Shown here: positions 51,733 through 64,000 of the stretch, piece by piece
Numbering within the stretch: the stretch's first letter is position 1
How the letters are laid out: the number at the start of each line of letters is the position of its first letter
Source: the human T2T-CHM13v2.0 reference genome, Homo sapiens
DNA: 64,000 nt
Reading direction: 5' to 3' (one strand)
Assembly: GCF_009914755.1 (NCBI RefSeq)
Contig: NC_060926.1
Made by a program: the position numbers and the translations under genes
Notes under the pieces: model-generated
Told to the model about the DNA's origin: nothing
The model's input: only the letters and a program-made list of their open reading frames with translations
The model's database searches: none

Positions 51733-54533
51733 AAAGAATGATCTCATAATATTAGCAATGAGACGTGTAATATTTCTTTTTCTCTTTTATACTTTTTCTG
51801 TAGTGCTGAAAATTTGTATATTGTGTTGTAATTTATTTTAAAACTATAGAGTTGAGAAAATATTCAATGTATGAAATCAATTACAGAGAACTGCTTATAA
51901 TGTTTCTATTTACATGGTTGCTTGTATGCAAAATGACTGATAATAATGTGTCATTTGATAACAGTTGTGGTGCCATGTTATCTGAAGCAGATTCTGTAAT
52001 CAATATGTCAGATGTCAATATTTATAAAATAAGCGCAGTGATACATGCACCTAATTATGTCTTGGAAACATTAGGAAAAATGCAATGGTATATGTGAAGT
52101 GTTCTGAACAACTTGGGAGAAACAAATGCTATATAAACTCAAGATGGTATTAGAAAGGATGATAATTTATTGAGGGATTTTTTTCACCAATGGATCTCAG
52201 CCCTAATTAGACCCACTATCTGGACGCTGTTCAATACATTCCCAGAAACGTGTAGATCAATCTAGATCAGCATACGTGAGCAGATTCTACAAATCAGAGC
52301 AACCCTTTCTCATAAGAATTTACGTCAGAATGAAGTGGATATTGTGAAGAATCCTCTAACATCCCATTCGCTGTCACTTACATGCTAGAATTCAAACCTG
52401 ACCGTGCCTTGAGGTCTTTCACTCTGATCTACAGCACAGGTTCTACCTTCCCTTCCTGTATCTTACAGCTCCTTCCCTTACCAGCTTCCAAAAAACGCCT
52501 GCTGCAGGCACAGAAAACTATTCTCTCCTAAATAAGTGTAAACTTCCACACCCATGGTTCTGTGTTTTGCTGTTCCCACTGTGAAAATTGCCTGTCTTTT
52601 CTGCTTTCCTGAAATCTGCAAATGTTACATGCCTCTTCCAATGCCTGACTCAGTGTCGTCTCCTCAAAGGGCCCTTTCCTGACTCACTGACGATAACTAA
52701 ACACACTTATTGTGTGTTTCACACACACGTCCCGCATTTCAACCGCAGAGTGCTAAGAGCCCTCTTGTAGTTCACAGCACTGTAAAACTACTGGGTTTAG
52801 GCCATTCTCTCTGCTTCTTGTCAAATCTAGTAGGTCTTGATATCATTGACAGTGATCATGCAACTCGTCCACATGTTGGGTTGAAAGAAACTGAGTTACA
52901 GTAAAATAATAACCAAACTTAAAATAGAGTGTAATAAGCTAGCAGTAGGTGGTCTAAGAATTACAGTCCCAACCATCCTAGCAGTGGGATGCCAGTGCCC
53001 CAGACGGCTGAGAGATGATTCCATCTCCCTGATCCTATGTCTTTAAGGGGCTTTTGCTTCATTGCACAAGTGCTTTGTGAAGGAATGATTTAGTTCAGAG
53101 CATACATGTTAACAAGTCACTGAGTTCTGTGTTTTATATTTGCTTTAGGTATAAACTGTATTCTAATAGCCGCAAGGCCTCTAGAACATAAACTTTGTGT
53201 AATTGAAATTTTCTTGGGATCATCGTAATGGCCTAAAGTTATGTAAACATAAGTCCCAGCATTTGACTTCTCTGATACTCTTTTGGCACTTATACTATTA
53301 TCAGTATCAGAAACATGTGGCTCGATTCCTATGCCTGAAAGTTAACATGGAATGAGACACTCTGTGGGCAGGGGAGCGAGTACCCAGGAACAGGTAAGAA
53401 GCATTTGAGGCATTAGTATAGTATTACTCCCAAATATGGCCAATCCCATGAGGCAGGAAGTGTGGTGCTGGAAAGGGGCTGTGCTACCTTCAGTAGTGCA
53501 AGAGCCTCTCTCATGATCCTCCAGAGAGTGTGAAACACTGGTGACTGCCTCAAAAACGATGACCAAAACCATAATGACAAACCCCACTGTGCTTACCTGG
53601 TGCCGGCACTGTTCATGGGCTATTTCATATATTCCATTCAATTGGAGAGTGCTAGTGTTTCCCTCCATGCTTTCCTTCTGGGAATGGTCAGTCTCAGAAA
53701 GGTTAAAGATTATAGCTGCTCTTGCCACAGAGGGGAACATAGATAACTAGGTGAGACCTTAGATATGTTATTTGATCCTTTATAGTGACAATTTTACTGT
53801 ACATATCTATCTTATAACATCACATTGCATTCCTTCAATATACACAATAACAATTATTTTTAAAAAAAGGTGTGCATGACACATAATAGGTTACATGCAC
53901 AGTAAATGTTTGCTGTTATGAACACTGAGCACAGTTCACATTGCCATTTTTTAAAAAAAGAAATTCACCGAAGTCTAAGACTTACAGGTAAAAGAGTCAG
54001 TGGCTAACCTACTTTTCTGTCAAGTCAGGAGAAATTCCTGCGGCTTCCACATCAATGGGATACCAAGAGTAAAAGAAAGATATAATCTCCTATCTTAGAT
54101 ATTTTTTGTACCTCATCCCTTCAAAGGCTATTTTTGGCTGTTATGTATGTAACAATATCTATGCAGGACACGTTGACACCAAATTAACCTGAAGTTCTAA
54201 TCCTTCTGACCGGCAGTATTAGGACACCAGAGACCAAAAAAATGAATCATGGCATAAATGGCAAAAACATGTATCATTCTGTGGAACACAAACTCCCAGG
54301 TTTTCAGAAAGGCTGGAAGGCCAGGCAGGGTTGGAGAAGGATGCCACCTATTTTTTAACTTAAGTCAACTGTGAATAATCTTGCTCCATATTCTCAATGC
54401 CCTGAATTCAGCTTAACTGTTGTTGAGAGCTACACTTTGCCAGATTGCTTTCCCTCCAGAGTTTTGGTCTTAACTTATTTTTAGTTGGACCTTTGTTAAC
54501 TTTGCTTCCACTGTGATTGCTACAAAAAAGAAC

Positions 54534-54534
<1 letters not shown>

Positions 54535-54586
<52 letters not shown>
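54535..54586. repeat. Perfect (AC)26 microsatellite
   Basis: Directly counted. Confidence 0.98.
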
Positions 54587-54588
<2 letters not shown>

Positions 54589-54599
54589 ATACCACCAAT

Positions 54600-54790
54600 A
54601 GTAATGATACTAGGTTCTGACATAACCCCTGTGAATTGCATTTAAATGCATTATCTCTTTGATCCCTAAAAAGTTCTGGGAAGAAACTAGGTTGGTTACA
54701 AATTCCTCTGTTTTATAGATGAGGAAACAAAGTCAAAGTTAAGTATATTTACTCAAGTCACACAGTGAGTAGCTGCAAAGCTGGCTTTTT
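54600..54790 (-). mobile_element. MIR relic
   Basis: tgcattatctctttgatccctaa...ttttatagatgaggaaacaaag...actcaagtcacacagtgagt. Confidence 0.7.
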
Positions 54791-54869
54791 TGAATGTGTT
54801 GTGTTTGCAAATCACTGTACCCGCCATCTACTTTGGGACATACACCTTTGCTTTGTAATTCTTTATCTA

Positions 54870-55023
54870 ATCATATCATCATGATTTTTCTTGATAGTAC
54901 TTATTCTTTTCCAGAAATATCTTTTTTTTTTTAGTTTCTTATTGTCTCCTTTCTACCTAGAATGTAAGTTCTATGTTGTTAGAGATGGCAGTAGACACTC
55001 AATACCTATTTGCTGAGTAAATG
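54870..55023 (+). mobile_element. L2 3' end relic
   Basis: attgtctcctttctacctagaatgtaagttctatg...agtagacactcaatacctatttgctgagtaaatg. Confidence 0.65.
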
Positions 55024-55702
55024 CACTACTAATCACCGTGATCTTTACTTTATGTTGACTTCCTCTCCTGAAATTATGCCTGCAGTCCTTACCTCACAAG
55101 AGTGAAATTCCCCTTCCTTTCAGACTCTTTAGCAAGCCTCCCAGCTGGCTCCCTGGGTCTCCTCTCTGCCCATTTCTCCATTGCATAATGGAAACTATGC
55201 TTTCCTCATGCCTACTGTAAGGATCAAGGGAGATTATGCACATGGAAGTGGCTTGACACTAAGTGCAGTGTAGACATTTTGAAGAGGAGAGTGACAGTGT
55301 CTGAAGGAAACATCTATACACACACAGATATCCATGCACATGCAGACACACACCGTTTTCTTTCACAAATAAACCAGTCAGGCTAAAGCCATACAAAAAC
55401 GTAGGGAAAGTCTAATAAAACATAAATATTTAACAAAAAGTCATCCCTGTGTTCCCCCATTGAGTTTAACTTTCTGGATTCTTTTATTGAATATTGACCT
55501 GTTCCAGAGTAGCCATCATTTTATTCCATTTTCTTTTGCTTCAATCTCTAATTGTTTTATGCATACTTTGTCTTTACAAGATCAGGCTCCAGATGTGATG
55601 TTTCCTTGCATGCCCCACATTGCCCTGTATAGGAATGATCACGAGAAAAATACTCAACAGCTGCTTTCAAGCAGTCCTCTGGGTATCAGAGACATGAACA
55701 AA

Positions 55703-56154
55703 TGTGGTAGACTGTTTGCAAACATGACAACACGAATGCCTTCACCCTTGAATCTGGGCTTGATCTATGATTCACTTTGGCCAATAGAGCACTTAAAAGT
55801 GATATAGACACTTGAAAAGTATCTGCTATTGGGTCCTGCCTCCTTTTGCTGCATTTGAATCCCTGAGAGCAACTTGGAAGGAAGCTCAGGCTAGTTCATG
55901 AAGATGAAGATGAGAGGCCATGGCGACTGGGTTGTTCCTGTTGATATTGTCCAGACCAAGCAGCCTACAAACCCCAACCATGTGAGCAGGGCCAGGCTGA
56001 ACCACTCAGTCCAGCCCAATCTTCAGCTGCTTGCAGAGATAAAGATAAGAATGACTTCCCAACTGACCATGGAAGTGTGGTAAATAACACTTCTCTGCTG
56101 TTTTAGTCACTGAGTTTTGGGGTGGTTTGCTAGTTAGCAAAAACTAAATGGTAG
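55703..56154 (+). mobile_element. Old MaLR solo LTR (MLT1G/H-like)
   Basis: tgtggtagactg...cccttgaatctgggc...ctttggccaatag...gttttagtcactgagttttggggtggtttg...agcaaaaactaaatggtaga. Confidence 0.75.
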
Positions 56155-56659
56155 AGAGAGACCAGGGAGCTATTACCAAGAAATGCAGGAGGCATTGAAA
56201 AGTTGGGGCATCTATCAATTGATTCTGTCAGGAAGAAGAGAAATTGCGCTTCTATAGATTAATGTAAAAACATTGGTTTCAAGCAGGTTTTAATGAAATA
56301 AAAATGATCATACTTTTCCATTTTTTTGTAGTGGTAAAATATAGAAGTATTTTATAAACAATGAAGGTTTACATAATGAAGTCATATTGAAAATCTGGGG
56401 TGATTTTAATATTACTAAAACAAGAACAGCTACTACTATGACTACTCCTACAACTACCACATTAATAATAAAAATATCATGTATGTCTATAAGGATACAC
56501 CATTTACAAAGTACTATCATATATATTATTTTATCTTATAGTTTCACAGTGAATCAGTGAAGTGGGCAGGACAGGTATTGTCTGTTTTATAAGAAGTGGG
56601 TGAGGTATTAAAAATAACCATTTTTTTGAAATATTGATTTGTTTTATGACATCATAAGA

Positions 56660-56790
56660 AGACCTACACTGGAATCAGAACTTAGTAATTCAATACTTAG
56701 ATTTGGCCCTTATATGCTGTGTGATATTGGGAGGTTAGATAAGTCTTTCACCATTCTTAAGCCTCAATGGCCTCATAAACAAAATAAGAA
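56660..56790 (+). mobile_element. MIR relic
   Basis: ctggaatcagaa...gctgtgtgatattggg...aagcctcaatggcctcataaacaaaat. Confidence 0.5.
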
Positions 56791-58899
56791 ACTATGAAAA
56801 AAGTCCTCCTAATATTCTCTTTTTATTAATCTGCTCTTTCAACTATGAAGAATTGCTATTGAGATGATCATGATCTCTGATAATTATTGCCGAATGGATT
56901 CCAGTTTGGACTCCAGGGCTGAGTTCTCTGGATGTGACTTCCTCACTTTTTAATTCTAAGAACCAAGTAAATGATGTGGTAATTACTTTGCAAGAAAAGT
57001 AACTTGTGTGTAGAAAAAAAAAATGTAGCGAAACTCAACCATAAAAAATAGAAATGTTCATTGGGGATGAGATGTGAAATTCTGCTCAATGAAGAAATTA
57101 AAAATGGACAAGAGCATAGTGGGTTGACAATAATATTTCTTAATATATACAAGTTTTGTGAATGCTTCAACCAAGAACTTTTAAGGTCTGTATTGCACAT
57201 GTAAACCTCATGCACTGCAAAATTCTTTTAAAGGGTGGCTATAACTGATGTAATCTTATTGCATTTCTGGGGTCAGAGGTGAGTTTCTGTAGGTTTGGGT
57301 GGAACATTGCATTCTGTGGTATCTGGGACCCCAAGAGTTAAAAGAGCAGGACAGAGCATTATTTGAAGGTAAAAGCCAATGTTAGAAAAATCCAGGAAAT
57401 ACCACACACACAAGGGTATGCAAGGAAAACTCAGGTCAGCTTCTCAGAAACAAGAACGAGGAGCTGATTAGGTAAATCAAGTCAGAAATAAGTGAGAGTT
57501 GAGGAGAGAACTCTGGGTTGCATCCATCAGTTTTATGCCATATCTAACCTTTATTGGGTCTCGTTGGCTGCATTAAGGACCATTGGAAGGGTACTGGGCA
57601 CAGTTTCACTTGAAACGAGAATCATACAGGTAGCCCAAACTGGACCTTTGCTGCTCACAGAAATTCACATTTGCCACTAATGCAATACAAGGGGAGGCTG
57701 AAAACTAAACAGTATTATTGATAATGACAGAAAGCTTTTAGCCAGGCTCTCCTATGCAATGATGGATATTGTTTATCATATTTTACTTGTTGCTTTTAAA
57801 CTTTCCTTGTCAGAATGAATCATGGCTATGGGGAAGGAGACCAGATTACAGACAATGTAATTTGTCTCATAGCAATTGCCCCTCATCAAGAGGCATGAAC
57901 AGAAGTAAGCAGCAGAAACTGGCAGGTTTTCTGGGGTTGGAAATAATTCTCATTGCCAAAATCTGTCATGGGTGCACCTGGATCCATTAAAAAACAAAAA
58001 ACAAAAAAGCATGCAATCTGTGATAAGGATGATTTCCTTCCTGCATCAACGGAGTGGTGTTTCGGGTTTGACTCTTGCTATCTGGTAGATTGATAATGGA
58101 GATTAATTTACTTATCTCTTAGCTGCATAAATTAGTGTATAGAAAAAACATCTTGCAGCTGCCCAGAATCTGTCATTAAAGATGCCTTAGTTAGTCTCCC
58201 CTCTTGGGCAATGAAGTATGTGGAAAGACACATAGCATGATTAGCATATACTGCTTTTCTCTATCTCTCTTTATTCTCAAAAATTCTAGGGCAATGGATA
58301 GACAACAAACACGTGTGAACTGTTTAACAGTGATTCAAATTATTGCATTATTTTTTTCTTGCTTTGACTGTAACTAGATCAGGTTTGGCACCATACAGGT
58401 AGATTATGATCACGACAGATTCAATTTGCTTATTATTCCTGGCAGAAATAAAATAATTTAAGAAAACCTTGAGTAACCAATATTGATATTTTGATAAACA
58501 CTTGACTTACTAATTATGATTCTGAATGTAAGACTAATTCTTAAAACAAGCAATACTAAACAAAACAGAGACAGTGATTTAGGTCTACGAAATTAACAGA
58601 ATTAATTACCCACCAGTGGAGAGGGAGGAAGTTCTTTAAGGCACTCATTACGTAGTTCTGGTGGCAAATGTGACACAGTTCTAGTGGTGCAACTTATTTG
58701 TGAAATGAATTTTAAAAATTTATAGACTGTTTTGCCAGTTGTGTTACTTCTGTCACATGTTCTTGCTTAACACAAGCTGTTTAACTGCAGTCCTGACATG
58801 TTCATCTGAACAACAGTGTACCCCATCCTCACAAGGAGGGAGTGGATCAGAAGGCAATCCTCCAAGCCTTTGACTGCAAGTTTGCACTGTCCAGTCAGG

Positions 58900-59075
58900 G
58901 TCAGACCTTCAGGACCCTGGGCTTAGTTCACATTTATAAGCCTTGATTACCTCAACATGAACCCAAAAGTACACCCCTAAATCACAAGGCATTGTGGAGA
59001 ATAAATGAATTAGTGCATGTAAAGTATAGTATAGTCCCTGGCGCAGGGTGAATCATCAGTAAATGTAAGCTCTTT
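58900..59075 (+). mobile_element. MIR relic
   Basis: tcacaaggcattgtggagaataaatgaattagtgcatgtaaagt...tagtccctggcgca...tcagtaaatgtaagct. Confidence 0.65.
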
Positions 59076-59899
59076 TGATCACTGTTGTTACGCATGAGTA
59101 GTTGTGATGTAATAAGGATTATAAATACTTTTTACTAATAAACAAACAAAAAATAGGTAGAAAGATACAATTTGAATCGGAACCATGGGAATGAATGAGA
59201 GGGGGCTGTAATTAGATACAGAGTGCAGAATGAATAGAAAAGTAGGAAGTAGGAGAGAATTCAGGTTGGTATAAAAATGAGTAGAGAATAGAAGAAGGAG
59301 AATAAACGGCATGTATTGAAGAAACTGGGGCCTGCTTAATGGAAAGAATGATTCAGTTTTTGTTTCATTCATTGCCTAGACAGATGGCCACCTATCAGAG
59401 TGATCCTCTAAGCCTCTTTCCACTCCTTACTCATTCTTCCCTGCAAAGAAGAACTGAGTTAATCTTAATTGGTTGGCTGATAACAGGTTTGGGTCCTCTT
59501 TTCTTAATTGGTGAGAATCACTCTATAAAACTTTAAGCATTGAAGAGCTTAGACTCTTCCTCTAGTTCCTTCTGAGATAGGGGGAGACATTCTTCCTTCA
59601 TATGGGTGTCTACTCTGCAGATCTAAACCTTCCCACTGAGTTTGCCTATTGGGCAATTTGAAGATCTGAATTTAACTCAGGGGAGGGGCATCAGGCAGGT
59701 AGTGCCAGCAAGCCCTTATGGTTATATGTTAACCAAATCTTGCCACCTAGCCTTCATTGGTAATAAATCCTTTCAACTGTCTAATTCCTGTATCTGTCCT
59801 TTATTTGGGTGCAAATGGGGCTGTGAGTTGGGATGTTAAACACTAACGAGGCCATATAGAATCCAGGGAAGAATGAGAACAGTGGGGCAGTGTCACTCA

Positions 59900-60080
59900 T
59901 GTATGCTGAACTATTCAATAGACTTCACATTGATGGTCTTGTTTTACCCTCACAATAGGCCTATTTATTCACGGGAGAATCCGACACTCTGAGCTCAACT
60001 AAGTCATAGAGTTTACAGGCATTAAAACAAGGTTTGAGTCTAGAGGTTTCTGAGCTCAACTCTGCTTTTTCTGCTACACG
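59900..60080 (-). mobile_element. MIR relic
   Basis: ccctcacaata...aagtcatagagtttacagg...aaggtttgagtctagag...ctgctttttctgctacac. Confidence 0.45.
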
Positions 60081-62392
60081 TCACCTTTAATGTTAAATTA
60101 AGAATATTAAACTTGATGTTTATTTTTTCTAATTATAAGCATTTGTGTGTGTGACTATATTTCCAATTTCCAGCTAGATTTAAAACTAAACTCAACATCA
60201 GGAAAAGGGATAATAGTATCTGTCTATTCCTTTCCTTAGAAAGCATAGAGTTGTTTATGTACCTGAGCTTCTGCAAATACTCATTTTTAGTATGTTTATA
60301 GGTTATAGATGATTATTTTACATATATTTTAGGGATTTCATAAAATCATGTTTTACGAACTCCAAGATTAGTGTCAAAAATAAAACTGAAGCCCAGAATT
60401 GAATTTGTGCCAGAAACATAAAGGAGCTTAGATGGATCAGTCTGGATTTCTGCAACATCAACCTCCTAAAATCTACTCATCATGGGAAGATGTCTAGAAG
60501 ATCAAACTCTTGTCAAATATAGTAAGTGTTGAGTAAGGGAAGCCAGCATTACTATGTTTAACAACAATGCTCATCTCTTGCAAACAAGTCTACCATGAAA
60601 TGCTGTTTGGAAAATTGCTTTTACCACAAATTAGATTTTTATTCTTTCTTTATTTTATCTCCCATTCCAAGGCACTACCATATTGGAGACAAGTATAATA
60701 AGTATGAATCATCTGGGCATACAGTAATCACCGCGATATGTTGGTGGAGTTTAATGACTGATTAGCTATTTGGCTAAAAAGTCATCCTCTTTCTAAAGAT
60801 TTGTCTTTTGTTTGTAGAATGTTTTTCTGTGTGTTTTCCAAATAATTTCAATTAGCCCAGCTATACAATTTAATCTTATATGAACCTTATGTGATAGCTT
60901 CTCTAGCCCCCTACTTATACACCCCCTTGAATTTCGTGTTTATTTCTTGCTGGTATGCATACAGGGGCATAAATATTTGCTGTGTCACTACCCTCAAAAT
61001 ACCATCCATGTACCATCTCAGTAGTTCTAAAACTCTACTTGTTCATCACTCTGTATGAATGTATTAGTAAGTTCATTCCTTTTTTAAAAATGAATCAGTA
61101 TAAATGCTCCTGTCAGCTATGGTTTACCAGATACCATTGTTGTATCTGGTTACCTCTCTGGCTTCTAATTCATTTCTTTTTTTTTCATATTACTGCATTT
61201 CATAGTATCATCACTCAATAGCGAACCTGGTTATATATGTTGTTGAATCAGTTGTCCCAGTAACTATACTAAGTCTTAAGAACTTACCTTATGTGATCAA
61301 TGTTGCCAATTTCTTTTTTTTTTGCCTTAATAAACAGGCTTATTTTAAATTTAGCTGAAGTGAAGTAACAAGCATCTATCAGGGAGACATTCTCACTAGT
61401 TGGGTTACATACAACCATAACTATAAAAACAGCAACAAAATAACACACTATTTTTCAGCAAAAGGTAAGAAGTAAAATGTAGAAAATATTTCTAAGTTCA
61501 GAGAATGTGCTTTTCCTCCAACCTAAGTTACATCTGTTCCAACATGTCTTTCTCCATGATGGTAGAGGGCTGTATGAAGTGGAAGGACATCAAGGAGTTG
61601 CTTCTATACTCGGACTTCTCACTCTTCTTGACTGCCCAGGAATGGGCTACCACTGGGAAATTTGTCCCTTGAGGATACTTAGAGAGGTCAAATCTTTTTT
61701 TTTTTCCCTACATAACTTAATCTTATAAAAGCTACAAATACAAAAGTTACAAAGATAAATTTATTTAAGTCAGTTCTTCCTTATGTCTCTTCCTCCAATT
61801 TTTTCTCTTTATTTTTTCCTCCATCCCTTCCGTCTTCTTTTCTCTATAACAAGAAATGTCAGATATTGTCTTACAGTCATTGTTGTCATTATTACTAGTT
61901 CTCAGTCTACTTAGTGGAGAACATCACTCACTTGGAAAAAGTTTCAACAAATAAAATAAAAAATAAATCCACATTTAGCAGTGATCTTCTCAGCTTTCAA
62001 AAGTAAAATGACACCTCAATGAGTTTTAAATCAATTTTTCTGTCTATAATATTTGCCCTATTGAAAGTTCATCATGATAAAATAGATTATATTTTTTAGA
62101 TAATATAGTTGTGTTCAATTCATCAGACATTAAATTGATGAAAACTGTTGTTCTGACATAATATATATTTCTGATTATAAATGAAAATAAAATTTAAAAC
62201 AAGTTGTTCTAAATATTAAGTCCTAGTAAGTGAGAAAAATCCCATTTATTTCTCAGTGTGAATTATCATGAACTGGACTCAAGTATATGAAAATGTGCAA
62301 TATGATTGAGTTAATATTGCCAATTAGTGGGGAAAGCATGATCGACTCAGTAATTTATAAGACAAATGGTTATCCAAAGAAAATATAACACT

Positions 62393-62771
62393 TCACATGA
62401 TTTGAATTTGTGTCCCCACCCAAATCTCATGTCGAATTGTAATCCCCATTGTTGGAGGAAGGGCCTGTTGGGAGGTGATTAGATTATGTGAACCTATTTT
62501 CCCCCTTTCTATTCTCATGATAGAGAGAGAGTTCTCCTGAAATCTGATTGTTAAAAAGTATGTAATACCTCCTGCATCACTCTCTCTTCCTCCTTCTCTG
62601 GCTATGTCAGTTGTGCCTGCTTCCCCTTTGCCTTTCAACATAAAAGTTTCCAGAGGCCACCCAGCCATGATTCTTGTATAGCCTGCAAAACTGTGAGCCA
62701 ATAACCCTTTTCTTTATAAATTACCCAGTCTCAGATAGTTCTTCATAGCAACGTGAGAACAGACTAATACA
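62393..62771 (+). mobile_element. MSTA-like MaLR 5' LTR
   Basis: tgtgtccccacccaaatctcatgtcgaattgtaatcccc...ctttataaattacccagtctcag...agactaataca. Confidence 0.9.
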
Positions 62772-63249
62772 GAAAATCAGTACCAGAAGTTGAGAATTGC
62801 TTCCTGGAATTGTGAAAGCGACTTGGAACTGGGTAATGCTCAGATGTCAGAAGATTTTGGAGGCCTCCAAAGAAGATGAAAGATAAGGCCTGGATGTTAG
62901 ACATGAAATCAAAAGAGATTATTTTGGAGGTTTAAGATTTAATGACTGCCCTACTGGGCTTCACACTTGCATGGGGCCTGTAACCCCTTTGTTTTGGCTG
63001 ATTATTCTCTTTTGGAATGGGTATATTTACCCAATTTTTGTACCTTGATTGCATCTTGGAAATATCTAACTTGTTTTCTATTTTACAGACTCATAGGCAG
63101 AAGTGACTTGCCTTGTCTCAGATGAGACTTTGGACTTGGATTTTTGAGTTAATGCTGAAATGAGCTAAGACTTAGGGGACTGTTGAGAAGGGATTATGGT
63201 ATTTTTCAATGTGAGAAGAACATTAGATTTGGGAGGGGTCGGGGCAGAG
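62772..63249 (+). mobile_element. MST internal sequence, heavily deleted
   Basis: gaaaatcagtaccag start typical of MaLR-int; 3' portion tcataggcagaagtgacttgccttgtctcagatgagactttggac; purine-rich PPT before the 3' LTR. Confidence 0.88.
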
Positions 63250-63511
63250 TGATGTGGTTTAGATTTTTGTCCCCATGAAATCTCATGTCAAATTCTAATC
63301 CTCAATGTTGGACAAGGAGCCTGGTGGGAGGTGATTGAATCATGGGGGGTAATTACCACTTTGCTGTTATTATAATAGTGAGTGAGTTCTCATGAGATCT
63401 AGTTGTTTCAAAGTGTGGAGAACCTCCCCCTTTGCTCTCTCCTACTCCTTCTCTGGCCATGTAAGATGTTGTTGTTTCCACTTCACCTCCTGCCATGATT
63501 GTAAGTTTCCT

Positions 63512-63533
63512 GGACATGTCCGTAGACATGCTT
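63512..63533. promoter_or_regulatory. Consensus p53-family response element (two RRRCWWGYYY half-sites, 2-bp spacer); motif match only
   Basis: GGACATGTCC gt AGACATGCTT. Confidence 0.4.
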
Positions 63534-63608
63534 CCTGTACAGTCTGTGGAACTGAGTCATTTAAAACTACTATTAAAATTATTTTCTTTATAAATTACCC
63601 ACTCTCAG

Positions 63609-63985
63609 TGTATTAGCTCATTTTTATACTGCTATAAAGAACTGCCCGAGACTGGCTAATTATAAAGGAAAGAGTTTTAATTGACTCACAGTTCAGCATT
63701 GCTGGGGAGGCCTCAAAAAACTTACAATCATATAAGAAGGTGAAGGGAAAGCAAGGCACCTTCCTCACTAGGTGGCAGGAAGGAGAAGTTCCAAGTGAAG
63801 AGGGAAGAGACCCTAATAAAACCATCAGATCTCATGAGAGCTCACTCACTATCATGAGACCAGCATGGGAGAACCACCCCCATAATTCAATTCCCTCCAT
63901 CTGGTCTCTCCCTTGACACATGGGGATTACGAGGAGTATAATTCAAGATGAGATTTGGGTAGGGTCACAAAGCCTAACCATATCA
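63609..63985 (-). mobile_element. THE1 (THE1D/C-like) solo LTR nested antisense in the MSTA 3' LTR
   Basis: tgtattag...ctgctataaagaactgcccgagactgg...caaagcctaaccatatca. 5-bp TSD ctcag (63604-63608) / ctcaa (63986-63990). Confidence 0.92.
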
Positions 63986-64000
63986 CTCAAGTAGTTCTTC

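Larger units (their letters stand above)
63250..64000 (+). mobile_element. MSTA-like 3' LTR, split by a THE1 insertion at 63609-63985; resumes at 63991 and runs off the window
   Basis: tgatgtggtttag...aaatctcatgtc...ttctttataaattacccactctcag | ... | gtagttcttc, colinear with the 5' LTR (ccagtctcagatagttcttc). Confidence 0.9.

Noticed and set aside
57760-58200. Repeat-free stretch with TAAT/CTGTCA motifs resembling a conserved enhancer (similar impression at 22440-22860)
   Set aside because: Impression only. Motif density is not clearly above AT-rich background, and conservation cannot be judged from one sequence.

Overview
This is AT-rich, CpG-depleted primate genomic DNA, most likely human or another catarrhine (AluY, THE1 and LTR10-type elements are present). 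It reads as intergenic or deep intronic. I can support no host protein-coding exon, structural RNA gene or CRISPR array. The only ORFs with recognisable homology are dead fragments of L1 ORF1/ORF2 and a Tigger2 (pogo/CENP-B-like) transposase. The window is largely a record of transposon insertions. It holds MIR/L2 and L1M relics, MLT1/MST/THE1 MaLR LTRs, two ERV1-type solo LTRs, a MER6A-type element carrying a V-SINE-like core, Tigger2 and nine Alus. It also holds an apparently full-length L1PB that was later hit by two Alus and an LTR10F-like LTR. I see no evidence of a new biological system. The most unusual signals are small-scale: several template-switch or snap-back insertion scars (3.7, 13.3, 46.5 and 63.5 kb), one of which creates a consensus p53 response element; a tailless AluY marking a probable deletion junction; a cluster of four TGCAATTAA motifs at about 5.9-6.1 kb; and an inverted THE1-in-MSTA nesting that forms a long fold-back. 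Subfamily names come from my recall of consensus sequences and should be confirmed with RepeatMasker/Dfam.
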